This document shows positions 49,777 to 62,410 of a DNA stretch of 64,000 bases, in pieces. The notes beneath the pieces are model-generated. The model was not told the origin of the DNA and did no database searches. It saw only the letters and a program-made list of their open reading frames with translations. The first letter of the stretch is position 1. Each line of letters begins with the position of its first letter. The translations under genes were made by a program, and so were the position numbers. This DNA comes from Nitrospirota bacterium. Lineage in GTDB: Bacteria > Nitrospirota > Nitrospiria > Nitrospirales > Nitrospiraceae. The stretch lies in contig CAVPBK010000009.1 of the NCBI GenBank assembly GCA_963701855.1, positions 288,001-352,000 of the forward strand. Reading direction: 5' to 3'.

Positions 49777-50799
49777 ATGCGCCCACGTTTTCTCAAAATC
49801 TTTCTTGCTGTCTGCCTGCTCCTCACATTCCTCACGGCCACTCCCCTTCCGGTTCAGGCTGCCGTCGTCGTACTCAAGAACGGCGATCGGATTACCGGCC
49901 GGATCGTTAAAATGCAGGACAAGCGGCTCGAGATAGATGTGACGTTTGCTGACATCATCAAGATCAAATGGGAGGACGTCCAAAGCATTACGAGCGAACG
50001 GGCCATGTCCGTTAAGCTGTACGGAGAGGTCGACATTCCCGAGGACGCAGGAGAGCGGAGAGTCGACCGGCTCATCCTTTTTACGCTCGGAGAGGGTGGG
50101 CCGATCAAGCTTGAGGATGTGCGCGCAATCAATTTTGCCGAGAATGATTATCGTGGCTATATCAGCGCCGGCGGCAATCAAACCTCCGGCAACACAAAGA
50201 CCGAAGCGTTGAATATCTCCGGAAGTCTTATGTATCGGAGGCTCGAACATCGCTATAACCTGGACGGAAAATATAATCGCGCGCAAGCCGACGGAGAGGA
50301 TACGGCCAATAACTCTGCCTTCAACGTCAAATACGACTACTTTCTGACGCGTCGGGTATATGTGGGAGGGTTCGACCTCGCTGAAACGGACCAGTTCCAA
50401 AGTCTTACCGTGCGCAACACCGGCGGCCTCCTCCTGGGCTACGACATCCTCGACCGGGAACACCACAATCTCACCATAGCCGCCGGCCCAGCGGCCGTGT
50501 ATCAGGATTTCACGACGGACCCGGCGACTATCACACCCTCGGCGTCCGGAGTCCTGCGATATGAATTCATGTTCCGGGGCGATGATGTGGTGTTCTTCCA
50601 CAAAAGCCAAGCATTTAAGGACCTGGGGCATGGGTCGGCGACCCGCGTGAATGCCGACCAGGGCCTCCGGGTAAAGCTTACCAATAACTGGCGGATAAAC
50701 TTTGAATACGATATCCGCTACAACTCGCTGCCGGTCACCGGCAAACAGACGGTCGATACCAATATTATTTTTGGATTCAGCTACGACATTAAACCATGA
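49777..50799 (+). CDS. DUF481-like outer-membrane barrel
   Basis: Signal peptide ending VQA; LKNGDRITG, SGNT, YDYFLT and a beta-strand pattern. Confidence 0.82.
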   Translation: MRPRFLKIFLAVCLLLTFLTATPLPVQAAVVVLKNGDRITGRIVKMQDKRLEIDVTFADIIKIKWEDVQSITSERAMSVKLYGEVDIPEDAGERRVDRLILFTLGEGGPIKLEDVRAINFAENDYRGYISAGGNQTSGNTKTEALNISGSLMYRRLEHRYNLDGKYNRAQADGEDTANNSAFNVKYDYFLTRRVYVGGFDLAETDQFQSLTVRNTGGLLLGYDILDREHHNLTIAAGPAAVYQDFTTDPATITPSASGVLRYEFMFRGDDVVFFHKSQAFKDLGHGSATRVNADQGLRVKLTNNWRINFEYDIRYNSLPVTGKQTVDTNIIFGFSYDIKP

Positions 50800-51049
50800 G
50801 TTAGTCCCCTCTTCAGACTCACGTCGGCAACCGGATTTGGACCGCTTTCGCGAGGGCCTGCACAGACACCTGTCGATCTTCTTCCACATCAGTATCTTCG
50901 AGGGTGACTTCTATCCGGCAACAGCCAGCCAATCTGGAACCATAACGTCCCGTCTGGCCCAGGATCAGGCCGCACTGCATTGGCGTAATACCTCCATCTA
51001 GACGCGATTGGTTTGCCTCGCGTTTGCAAGGTGGATGAACTGCCAAGGG

Positions 51050-51270
51050 ATTGTCGGTACCACTCGACAACGGACCGGCACGCTCTCGGTGGACGGCAAG
51101 CAGGTTACTCAAGGTAAGATCGAGCGCACCATTCCCATCCGCTTCTCGCTCGACGAGACGCTGGACGTTGGCGAGGACGCCGGCACACCAGTGGTCGAGG
51201 GCTACGTGGCCAAGATGCCGTTCAAGTTCACCGGCGTTCTGAAGAAAGTCGTGATTGAACTCGGCAGAGT
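51050..51270 (+). pseudogene. Remnant of the C-terminal domain of a long-form arylsulfatase
   Basis: GTLSVDGKQV..G.IE.T....FSLDETLDVGED.GTPV...Y....FKFTG resembles the C-terminus of 33498..35936. Confidence 0.7.
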
Positions 51271-51604
51271 GGACTCACGGCCAGCGAAGACAAACAGCTC
51301 GAAGAAGTCAACGGGAAACTCGTGGCAGTGTGGGATTAAACCCTTGGTTGGATGAGAGAGTGGGAATCGACACGTAGGGCCGCATCCGCTCCAAACGAGA
51401 GACGCCAGAGTCAGTAGTACCAGGGCAGGACAGAACTCACGAATCTGCCCGAGCGTTCCTCTATTTTCCATCTTCACTTGAGAGGGTTTCAATGCGCCAG
51501 GCTTTCCAGTCCGTCATCATTTTGTACTGCCGCCTGTAGGCCGCACCCGCCGGTGCGGCGGATGCGGCCCTGCCGGAGTTGTTCCAGCATTTCATCGACC
51601 GGTG

Positions 51605-53197
51605 TTACTTGTCTCTCGCGCCTTTCGTCACCGCTTCCATCACTTTGTCGAGATTGAAGCTGCCGGGCTTCTGGCGCGGTGGGAATTCTCTGAAGCTCTG
51701 AAGCCACTGGGCGACATAACCACCCGCGGGTGCGAACGCGAACATGCGCTCGGCCCACCAGCGTTGGTAACCCATGCTCATTTCCTGCTCCGCCAGCTCA
51801 AACGGATCCATACGGAGATTGGTGAGCGAGGGGGCGCGCAGCTCCTCGAAGGGATGCGTCCAGACGCGCATGCCCCGTGCGTTCTGCCGCAAGAAGGTGA
51901 CCTTCCAGTTGTTGAAGCGCAACGCGGCGACACTGCCGTCGTCGGTCCAGTAGAGGAACTCGTGCCGGGGCCATGCCTCCTCGCCCTTGAGCGCCGGCAA
52001 GAGGTTATAGCCGTCGAGGTGGACCTTAAAGGTCGTGTCGCCGACTTTTCGGCCCTTTAGTAAGTCCTCTTTTACTGTCGTGTCGCCGGCGGCGGCGAGG
52101 AATGTCGTCAGCATGTCTTCATGGGCGCCGATGTCGTTGACAACGATCCCAGGCTTGATGACCCCGGGCCAACGAATGAGCGTCGGTACACGATAGCCAC
52201 CTTCCCAATTCGTGTTCTTCTCGCCACGGAACATCGTCGTGCCGCCATCGGGCCAGGTGAACACCTCCGCTCCGTTGTCAGTGGAGTACATCACAATCGT
52301 GTTGTCCTCGATCCCCAGCTCCTTGAGCTTATCGAGCAACTGACCCACCATTGCATCGTGCTCGACCATGCCGTCGGCATAGATGCCAAGCCCGGTCTTG
52401 CCGTCCGATGCAGGCTTGAGGTGCGTAAAAACGTGCATGCGGGTAGAGTTCCACCAGACGAAGAACGGCTTACCATCCTTGTGCGCCTTGTCCATGAAGT
52501 CCAGTGAGCCCTTGGTAATTTCCTCGTCGATCGTCTCCATGCGCTTCTTGGGAAGCGGACCCGTGTCCTCGCATTTTTGCTTCCCAACCTTGCCGAACCG
52601 CGGGTCCACGGTGGGGTCATCTTTGTCAGTGGCAAAGCAATGGTAGACGCCGCGCGGACCGAATCTGGCTTTGAATCCCGGGGCCTTCGGATAGTCCGGG
52701 TTCTCGGGCTCCTCCTCCGCGTTCAAGTGGTAGAAATTGCCGAAGAATTCGTCGAAACCGTGAACCGTCGGAAAAAATTCATTGCGGTCACCGAGGTGAT
52801 TCTTGCCGAACTGGCCGGTGGCATAACCCCGGGCCTTGAGTAAATCGGCAATCGTGGGATCCTCCTTCTGCAAACCCTCAGGCGCGCTCGGCAGGCCGAC
52901 CTTGGTGAGTCCGGTGCGAATGGGCGATTGCCCGGTGATGAAGGCCGCGCGACCGGCGGTGCAGCTCTGCTGCCCATACCAGTCGGTAAACAGCGCGCCT
53001 TCCTTCGCAATGCGATCGATGTTCGGCGTCTTGTAGCCCATCATGCCCTGGTTGTAGGCGCTGATGTTGAAGCCGCCGATGTCATCGCCCCAGATGACGA
53101 GGATGTTAGGCTTCTTGTCGGCGGCAACTGCGGGGAGCGCGCCGCCGAGCAGCGCGATCGTCCCTACGAGAACAAACCATTGAAGCAAACGTTTCAT
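51605..53197 (-). CDS. Exported Cys-type arylsulfatase
   Basis: KPNILVIWGDDIG, SCTAGR, FGKNHLG and STDNG. Confidence 0.93.
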   Translation of the reverse strand: MKRLLQWFVLVGTIALLGGALPAVAADKKPNILVIWGDDIGGFNISAYNQGMMGYKTPNIDRIAKEGALFTDWYGQQSCTAGRAAFITGQSPIRTGLTKVGLPSAPEGLQKEDPTIADLLKARGYATGQFGKNHLGDRNEFFPTVHGFDEFFGNFYHLNAEEEPENPDYPKAPGFKARFGPRGVYHCFATDKDDPTVDPRFGKVGKQKCEDTGPLPKKRMETIDEEITKGSLDFMDKAHKDGKPFFVWWNSTRMHVFTHLKPASDGKTGLGIYADGMVEHDAMVGQLLDKLKELGIEDNTIVMYSTDNGAEVFTWPDGGTTMFRGEKNTNWEGGYRVPTLIRWPGVIKPGIVVNDIGAHEDMLTTFLAAAGDTTVKEDLLKGRKVGDTTFKVHLDGYNLLPALKGEEAWPRHEFLYWTDDGSVAALRFNNWKVTFLRQNARGMRVWTHPFEELRAPSLTNLRMDPFELAEQEMSMGYQRWWAERMFAFAPAGGYVAQWLQSFREFPPRQKPGSFNLDKVMEAVTKGARDK

Positions 53198-53659
53198 CAC
53201 TGCTCCTCCTTGTGTGTTGCGTATGCAGCTCTCAATCCAATGCATGTTCAACTATCAGGGCCTATCAATTCCATGAATCACGTGAGCCCTGCGGCTTTTC
53301 GCGCGTGACATCGTCTCGAAACGGCCGCCTCCCTCGCCGAGGAGAGAGGCGGCCCTGTGTGTGGCTCACCTCACGCAGCCGACATCAGCCCGCAGCCAAC
53401 GCATGCCGCAGATTCGCGGTTGTCGGCCGTTCCCCGTTCGGGTAGTTGATCGGTGCTGTCTTGCGCGGACACCGGCTGCATGAGGGTTGTCAGGGCCAGT
53501 GGTGCCAGGGCGAGACAGAGCCCACGAATCAATCTGAGCGCTCCTCGATTTTCTTCTTCCCTCGGATGGGCTTTATTTTGCCAGGCTCTTAAGGTTAAAC
53601 CCATGGTCAAAAGGCGCATGGTAGACGCATTCCACCTGTTGTCGAGATTCCCGTTCCTG

Positions 53660-53842
53660 GGAGCCTGTCCGACATTGCCTTCGTAACGAGGCGAATGAGG
53701 CGCGGGCAGATGAGCGGCGCAAGGCTCGAAAAAACCGGAGGCGTATTCGCTGGAATACGTTGAGGATTTTTTCGGGACGAGAACGACGCAGATGGTCGCG
53801 GATCGTTCGTCGCAGTAGAACGGTCAATGTCGGACAGGCTCC
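53660..53842. mobile_element. 183-bp MITE, copy 3
   Basis: Same terminal repeats; its right end overlaps the TAG stop of the HAD gene. Confidence 0.85.
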
Positions 53843-55482
53843 TACGGTTCGAATGGAAACACGCGCTTCCAATCCTGCTTCATGTCCACAACGGTCCAGT
53901 TCTTCGTCCTGGCTTCGTCCCAGGCTGTATCGAGCCTTCCAATTGACGACGTGCGGTCGTAGGCCCACTCGCGCTCGGCATCGGTATGATGGACGATCAG
54001 CCCGAAGCGCGCGCCGCTCCCGGCGGTCGTCCACTCCAGCATCTGCTGGTCGCCGTCTGAGTTGCCGAAGGCAGCGATCGGACGCCTGCCGATGTGCTGA
54101 TGGATGCCGACGGGCTTGCCCACGTTGTCGTCAATGAAGTTCACCTCGGCCAATCGCATGAGCACGGGCTTGCCGTCGCGCAATTCGAATTTCGTTTTGA
54201 TGCTGCTGCCGACGACCTGCTCCGGCGGAATGCCGTAGACCTTCTCCACCCACGGCCGCATGAATTCGATGCCCCCGCCCGAGACAATGAAAGTCTTGAA
54301 ACCGTTCGCGCGCAAATAGGTCAGCACTTCGACCATCGGTTGATAGACCATCTCGGTATAGGCCCGCTTGGACGTGGGATGCTTCGCGGTGGCGACCCAA
54401 TCCTTCACGATTTGCTCAAACTCCGCCGTGGTCATACCCGCGTGCGTGGCCATGACAATCTCCAGCATCATTCGTTGGCCGCCTGCCAGCGCACCTTTTA
54501 TGTCACCCTTGAGCAGCGAGGCAAACGGTTCATTGGTCTTCCACTCGGGATGTTGCGGCGCGAGCGTCTTCACGCGGTCGAGGGCAAAGAGGAATTGAAA
54601 ATACATCGGCTGCTCGGCCCAGAGCGTGCCGTCGTTGTCGAACACGGCAATGCGTTCGGCGACCGGCACGAAGTCGGGCGAGCCTTCTTTCGTGACCTGT
54701 TCGACGAAGGCGATGATGGATTTCTTTGATGCCGTGTCGTTCCACGAAGCGAGCGGCTGACTTGCCTGGTTCTGCCAGAGCATCTTCGCGGCGGTCCCGA
54801 AGTCCCCGAGATGGTAGACACTCACGCCCGCGATCCTGAAGGTGAACGGAATGTAAGGCGCAGCCTTCATCTGCTTGAGGAAGTCCTCCTTGCCCAGCCC
54901 GATGGTGACGTGCGGGCTGTAGTCCTTCCCGATGTGCTGAGGGACAAATCCGTTGACGTAGGGCGCGACCGCCCCATTGATCGGTGTGCCGCCCACGTTT
55001 TGAACGAACGCCGCGTCAGTCCCCTCCTGCGCGCAATAGGGCGCGACGGCGTCCATGATTGCCTGCTGATACTTGAGCAGCTCCGGAGTCGGTGCAATGG
55101 TGATTCCAGCCAGCCCCAGCCCCTTGAAGGGGATGTAGTAGTAACCGGTTGTCTTCAACTCCATCCCAACTGGATTCTGGGCAACCCCTACTTCCTTCAC
55201 CGCGGCGAACACCTTGTCCAGGTCCTTGGTGAAGACGAAGCGCTGGAGAACGGAAATGTGCGGGGTGTGCGTTGCGTCCAAGGCGAACCCATGCGGGTAG
55301 TTCTCCCGGAGGCGAGCATTGTCCGCTTTGGCCTGGGTAAGCATGGCGCCGTCAGGGTCGAGCAGAATGTCGATGGCAGTGAGCGCCGAGTCCGCGGCGT
55401 GCGTCGGGACGACTGAGCCGCATAGCGCCAGCGCACACACGAGAACAAGGGCGATCAGTCGTCGCATGTAGAGACGTCTCAT
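53842..55482 (-). CDS. Exported fusion of a 2H-phosphoesterase-like domain and a HAD-family phosphatase
   Basis: Signal peptide; PHIS and PHVT motifs; then FDNDGTLW, IVSGG, GKP and FGNSDGD. Confidence 0.85.
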   Translation of the reverse strand: MRRLYMRRLIALVLVCALALCGSVVPTHAADSALTAIDILLDPDGAMLTQAKADNARLRENYPHGFALDATHTPHISVLQRFVFTKDLDKVFAAVKEVGVAQNPVGMELKTTGYYYIPFKGLGLAGITIAPTPELLKYQQAIMDAVAPYCAQEGTDAAFVQNVGGTPINGAVAPYVNGFVPQHIGKDYSPHVTIGLGKEDFLKQMKAAPYIPFTFRIAGVSVYHLGDFGTAAKMLWQNQASQPLASWNDTASKKSIIAFVEQVTKEGSPDFVPVAERIAVFDNDGTLWAEQPMYFQFLFALDRVKTLAPQHPEWKTNEPFASLLKGDIKGALAGGQRMMLEIVMATHAGMTTAEFEQIVKDWVATAKHPTSKRAYTEMVYQPMVEVLTYLRANGFKTFIVSGGGIEFMRPWVEKVYGIPPEQVVGSSIKTKFELRDGKPVLMRLAEVNFIDDNVGKPVGIHQHIGRRPIAAFGNSDGDQQMLEWTTAGSGARFGLIVHHTDAEREWAYDRTSSIGRLDTAWDEARTKNWTVVDMKQDWKRVFPFEP

Positions 55483-55580
55483 GATGGGCTCCTTTCGTCG
55501 AGTCGATGGCTTGTCTGGCCGCATCCCCTTGCGGCGGATGCGGCCCGGTGCGTCGAGTCAGCGTGTCCCCGAGTAGGGTG

Positions 55581-57161
<1,581 letters not shown>

Positions 57162-57226
57162 GGCTCCTCCTTGTGTGCTGCGTATGCAGCTCTCAATCCA
57201 ATGCACGTTCAACATTGCCCCCTCCT

Positions 57227-58576
57227 TCATTGATTTAAAATATCTCGCATCTTCTTGTCGTTACGACGCCGAGCCGCCGGGCCGAAGGTCACCCCTTGCG
57301 AGCCCCAGTTCAGGGTAAAGGCAAAGAAATGCATCATCGCGTCTTTATAGGCGCCGGTCACCTGCCCGGCCAGCGGACCGCGATTTTGCGAGATCGACAG
57401 ATCGCCCATATAGGACACCTCATAGCTGAAGCCCAATTTGACCTTCTCGTTCATCAGCCAATTGGCGCCCAGGCCGAACTTGTACGTCGCACCAACCGGA
57501 AGGGCGATACTTCTGTTTGCGGACTGATACCATGGAAGAATCGTAGGCGAACCCGCTGTTGAGCAGCCACTCTGGGATTCAGCCGGTATTGGGTGCCGAC
57601 TCCCACATGGTAGGTATCGTTGTAATCGACGTTGGTGGTCAGCGACGGGTTGTTTTGACCACCCGTAACTGCGACGTCCACCTTGCCGAATTGGCTCCAA
57701 TTTTCCCACCCGAAGTCACCCATGATCGCCCACGCGTCACTGAGTTCATGATAGCCGCTGAGGATGACGTGCTGGGGCACCGTCACGCCTAGATCGAGAT
57801 TGCGGTTCAGGAGACCCCTATTTTGCAACGCGGAGCCGATGGTCCCCAGGTTCGAAAAGGTGGGGGTGGTCGAGAAATTCAATTTGATCGGCGAATAGTA
57901 GGTGACACCGACCGGGTGCCTTTTTTTGGCTCGACGAGAACACCGAACTGGCCGCCGACTCCCGCAGTCGTATCCGAGAGAGACAGCCGCCCATCCCCGG
58001 CGCCCGGCGGAAGCACGTTGTTAACATTCGACGTAAACTGGAGATAGGCTAGCATGACGTTGGGACCGCCTCCAATGGAAAGATATTCGTTCACCCGGTA
58101 ACTCGCCACCGGGGCAAAGGTGATCCCGGCTAACATGTCACTTGCTTCACATAATAGCGGCCGGCAAAGCCCTGGTTATTCTTCAATCCCAGGCCAAAGT
58201 TCGACAGGATGCCGAGCCCGACTTTGAAATCCTTGCCGAGGCTGTGCACATAGAAGCCGCTCGCGCCCGGCATCGCCCCGATTGGATTCCCGCCCCCATT
58301 CCCGCCATAGGGTGTGTTGGTGCCGCTGAATCCGCCGCTTTGGAAATACAAAGCCTGCAAGCCACCTTGGAATTGATTGCCTTCCAGACGGCTCATGCCG
58401 GCGGGATTCTTAAACAGGGTGGAGGCATCCTGCGTGCGCGCCGCCCAGCCTGCTCCTGCAAGCGCTACGTCTTCTGTTCCGATTTCCGTCAAGAACAATC
58501 CGCCGGCTTTGGACTCATATGCCAGAGCCACAATCATCACAACTGTCGCCAGTACCAAGGTCAACTTCCGGAACAT
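57227..58576 (-). pseudogene. OmpP1/FadL-family outer-membrane transporter with about four frameshifts
   Basis: AARTQDASTLFKNPAGM and GRYY; continues across ORFs 58130..58576, 57879..58136, 57454..57882 and 57227..57709. Confidence 0.85.
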
Positions 58577-58607
58577 ACTTAATTCTCCTTTTTCTTTCGA
58601 TCGACGG

Positions 58608-58706
58608 CCTGTCTGGTTTATTTAGTTTGTCTCGTTTGTCTCGTTTTTTGGTTGAACGAAATTAACCAGATGAACCAAATCAACCAGACAAACGAGATGA
58701 ACCAGA
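58608..58706. repeat. Low-complexity 9-mer palindromic element
   Basis: Same architecture as the other copies. Confidence 0.75.
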
Positions 58707-58742
58707 AATGCCCTGGAATGCATGCAATTTATTAAGACAGGC

Positions 58743-58846
58743 ATCTTAGATTTTTTGAAATATCAATGCAACGGATTTTCCTGCCGTGTGTTTCTGCCGG
58801 CCTCTACAAACCTTACCTTGAAAGATCGGCATGCGTTCCGTAGAAT
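58743..58846. promoter_or_regulatory. Bidirectional sigma70-like promoter cassette, copy 2
   Basis: Same four hexamers and 17-nt spacers as 49584..49675. Confidence 0.7.
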
Positions 58847-58958
58847 GCGCGCCCTATGCACGCGGGCTCTCATCCATAGGGCAGGCATGGCACATGCCGT
58901 AATTCCTTTTGCTTTCATGCAATAACTGTTTCTATCGCGGTGCGGTTACCTTTTATCT

Positions 58959-60506
58959 ATGCGTAACCACTTGCCGATGATACGCCGGCTTGTCGTGATG
59001 CTCTGCGCCGTCCTGTGGGCCTTCTGGTTCATTCCCCTCTCCTATGGAGGAAACGACGAGGCGCAGGACTCGCCACCCGAAGACCAATCACGTCTCAAAT
59101 CGGCCAGTGAGATAATTGCACGATCGAGCCAACTGATGCAGGACTCACCGAAACAGTTTAAGGACTACTTCCAGGAGAAAGTCGCGAAAATGGAAAAAGA
59201 ACCTTGGCGTGAAACCGCCGATGAAATCCTGATCGATTCTGGCCAAGTCCGGTGGCACCGCTATCTGCGGGCTCTCGCGGACACCCCGCAATGGCTGGAC
59301 ATCGGATTTTCACATCGCATGCGATATGAGAGCCTCACGAACAATTTTCGAAAGGGCGAGGACGAGGATGTCAATGGGCTCGCCCTGCGCACCCGCCTCA
59401 GGGTCGGCGTCGATTGGAATATGTTTCGAGTCCTCCTGGAAACCCAGAACTCGACCGATGTGCAAGAACAGGGTGCCACCGACGCCACACTCAACTCTTC
59501 ACTCTTGAGCCAAGACCGCCTGCTGCAAGGGTTCCTCGCGATGAAATTCGACAATGTGTTCGACACCGGACTACGGACCGATGTGCATCTCGGCAGGATG
59601 ACGATGGATTTTTGAAACCGGCGGCTCATCGCCCGGAACGACTTTCGGAATACGACGAACACGTTTGAAGGGGCTCACTGGAACCTGGCAGAAGAGCATG
59701 TCTGGCGGACTCGCACGTTCATCGTCAAACCGGTGGCCGAAACCTTTGGGGTCCTCCAGCCGGTTTCGGATAGGCTGTTCTGGGGCGTACGATATGAGGA
59801 CCGCCGCCAGCCCTGGCTTCTTCTCGATCTGTATTACTTCGGCATCAATGGAGGTGAGAGTCAAGGCCGGCAACGCACCCTTGGTACGTACGGCATTCGG
59901 CATTTTCGATCCGCGGAGGTCAGCCGGTTCGATTACGAGGGTGAGTCGGCCTTTCAGAAGGGCACGAGAGACGGCCTGGATCACTTCGCTCACTTGCAGC
60001 ACTTTCAAATCGGCTACACCTTCGATTTGCCAATGCAACCCCATGTCATCGTCCAGTATGACTATGCCAGCGGAACCAGTGATCCGAACAGCGGCAAGAG
60101 CGGAACGTTCGATACCCTCTTCGGAGCCCGGCGGTCCGAGTACACCCTCACCGGCACCTTCGGGCCATTTTTTCGATCGAATATCAGCTCTCCGGGTATT
60201 CGCCTGGAAACGCAAACCAAACGAGAAGTCGATCTGATCCTGAAGTGGCGCGCGTGGTATCTTGCCCAATCAAAAGACGCATGGGTCGGTTCCGGGTTAC
60301 AGGACCAGACCGGAGCAGCCGGCAACTTTCTCGGACAGGATGTGGAAATCCGCGCGCGCTGGAAGTGGGGCACCTACACGTCGTTCGATGTGGGCTATGA
60401 CCACTTCTTCAAGGGGTCGTACATCAGGAACTTGGCCCAAATCCAGGGGAACCCTTCGGGCAAGGATAGCGACTATTTCTATATCCAAAGCGAATTCCAG
60501 TTCTAA
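58959..60506 (+). pseudogene. AlgE-like outer-membrane barrel interrupted by an in-frame TGA at 59613-59615
   Basis: GRMTMDF*NRRLIARNDFRNT; the downstream ORF 59733..60506 is in the same frame; YDYASG...GTFDTLFGARR; C-terminal FQF. Confidence 0.82.
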
Positions 60507-60531
60507 TACTGGCCGACTGCCGCAGACTGTC

Positions 60532-61521
60532 TTGCTTCTCGTGGTGCTCGTCAGTCTCTTACTCGCGCCACGACCGGCTTCTTCGAAAGAGGGTTGGTCT
60601 CTCGAAGGCCGGGGAACTCTCTTCTATACCGATGACGTCGGTTTGTTTTCCGCCGCCCGACGTTTGAGCAGGGACAGCGATCCGACCCAGCCGGCCATCG
60701 ATTCGAAACTGACGGATCAGGGATCGGACATGGTGTTCGAGCCGGTGGCCAACGTCACGCGGTCTATGACGAACAACCTTGGACGGCTCGACCTCAATGT
60801 GCAAGGCCAGGGCTTCATCTTCACGGAGAATCCGGAGTTCAACCACGGCACGCTGAGGGTCCAGGCCATTCAGGACCTTTCCTCCAGCACCCGCGCGCAG
60901 GCGAGATTTTATTATGCCCCAAACCAGTTTCTCGGCAACAACGAAGAGCGTCAGTCAGGCCAGAAACAGCTGTCGGACGAACGATTCACCAGTTACATCT
61001 GGTCAACCCGCCTCATTCACGATGTGACTCCGGATCTCTCCCTCCAATTGCTCGGCCGGTACGGCCTGCGCCGTTATAACGAAGCCTTCTCGGAACGCAA
61101 CACAAACTTCTGGACGATCGGCCCGCACGTGGATTGGCGCGTCGCCCCGAAGCTTAAGCTCGGGCTGAGCTACCATTACGAACGCGGACTGGCTCAGGGG
61201 CGCAACCAGCCGCAGTTCGAGGACGATACGTCCTATATCAACCACTACCTGTCCGCAGACGTCGACATTGAACTGACCGAGCGGCTCTCGCTCCTCACCG
61301 CGTTTCACTTCGAACATAACATCTGGACCAGTAGTCTCGCCGGCGATGAACGGAACGGCGCCTATGAAAACATCTATCAAGGTGAAATGACTCTGACCTA
61401 TCGCCTGACAGAATCAATCCAAGGATTCGGAGGAGTTCAGCGTTCCAGCCGGAAGGAAAGTTTTGAGTCGAGTTCTATCAAGGACACCAATGTCGGCATC
61501 GGCCTCTCCGCGCAGTTCTGA
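60532..61521 (+). CDS. Outer-membrane beta-barrel protein (start codon uncertain)
   Basis: Hydrophobic leader, alternating beta pattern and C-terminal IGLSAQF. Confidence 0.7.
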   Translation: MLLVVLVSLLLAPRPASSKEGWSLEGRGTLFYTDDVGLFSAARRLSRDSDPTQPAIDSKLTDQGSDMVFEPVANVTRSMTNNLGRLDLNVQGQGFIFTENPEFNHGTLRVQAIQDLSSSTRAQARFYYAPNQFLGNNEERQSGQKQLSDERFTSYIWSTRLIHDVTPDLSLQLLGRYGLRRYNEAFSERNTNFWTIGPHVDWRVAPKLKLGLSYHYERGLAQGRNQPQFEDDTSYINHYLSADVDIELTERLSLLTAFHFEHNIWTSSLAGDERNGAYENIYQGEMTLTYRLTESIQGFGGVQRSSRKESFESSSIKDTNVGIGLSAQF

Positions 61522-61644
61522 TCTGGCTGGTTGATCTGGTTAGTTTCGTTCAACTAAATAAACAAGACAGGCTGACTGCCGATGTCTTTGCTGATGTATG
61601 GCTGATAGGTGCTGCTCCACTTCAAAGGCCCCTCTGCCGCGCAA

Positions 61645-62055
61645 TCACAAATCCCCGATCTGCACCCACGGAACTCTGGCAAAGTGTTTGCGGTCATAGG
61701 TGAGAATCTCTGTGAGTCCTTGCTCTTTCATATGGAAAGCGTTGTACGCGTCCACGAAATCGATGTTCGCATGGACATAGAGATCGAGGGCCATGAAGAG
61801 CAGCGGCGACTCGGAACAATCCAGATTGGGCGTATTCAGGATCTTCTCAACTTTCGCGGCGATATCCGGCTTCTCCAGTTTGTAAAAGGATTCCAGTGTC
61901 CAGATGATCTCGGCGATGACCAGCAGGCTCGTCGCCAATCTGATCTTGCCTCGCAGGGCATCGCGAAACAGCATCTCGGCTCGCTTGGCTTTCGCCGGGT
62001 CGTCGTTGGTCAGAAAACGGAGAAACACATTGGTATCCACGAAGACACTACCCAT
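61645..62055 (-). CDS. vapC: VapC PIN-domain toxin
   Basis: FVDTNVFLR, IAEI, DFVDAY and TYDRKHF. Confidence 0.9.
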   Translation of the reverse strand: MGSVFVDTNVFLRFLTNDDPAKAKRAEMLFRDALRGKIRLATSLLVIAEIIWTLESFYKLEKPDIAAKVEKILNTPNLDCSESPLLFMALDLYVHANIDFVDAYNAFHMKEQGLTEILTYDRKHFARVPWVQIGDL

Positions 62056-62299
62056 GCCCGGCCACCTTCCTTGCTATAGTCCGCTTCACCGATTGACGAA
62101 TCTTTTCAAAATCTTCCGGATGCACAGACGGCCCAACCGACCCTCTGAGGTCAAGAATGGTTCCTTTGACAACCTTCAAGACCACCTCTTCGTCTCTCAT
62201 CACGAAGAGAACTTTCTCGCCTTCCTTCATTCCCAGGCGGTCACGAATCGCTTTAGGAATAGTGACCTGCCCCTTCCTGGTCATAGTAGATTCAAGCAT
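62048..62299 (-). CDS. AbrB/MazE-type antitoxin
   Basis: KGQVTIPKAIRDRLG..EG; upstream TTGACT-17-TAAAAT with a GTAGTAC/GTACTAC palindrome. Confidence 0.9.
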   Translation of the reverse strand: MLESTMTRKGQVTIPKAIRDRLGMKEGEKVLFVMRDEEVVLKVVKGTILDLRGSVGPSVHPEDFEKIRQSVKRTIARKVAGHG

Positions 62300-62410
62300 T
62301 CATACCTCCATCAATTTGGTAGTACATCGTAATTTTAGTACTACTTTTCAAGCGAGTCAATACGCTGCAAAACTTCACGACATCGCGAATGGCCGGTCAA
62401 CCAACGGCAT

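Noticed and set aside
53371..53619. 82-aa ORF next to MITE copy 3
   Set aside because: It may be a signal-peptide remnant, but it has no recognisable domain or RBS
59613..59615. Selenocysteine or read-through at the in-frame TGA
   Set aside because: The context fits Gly (GGA to TGA) in a barrel protein, not a Cys site; I could not identify a SECIS-like hairpin
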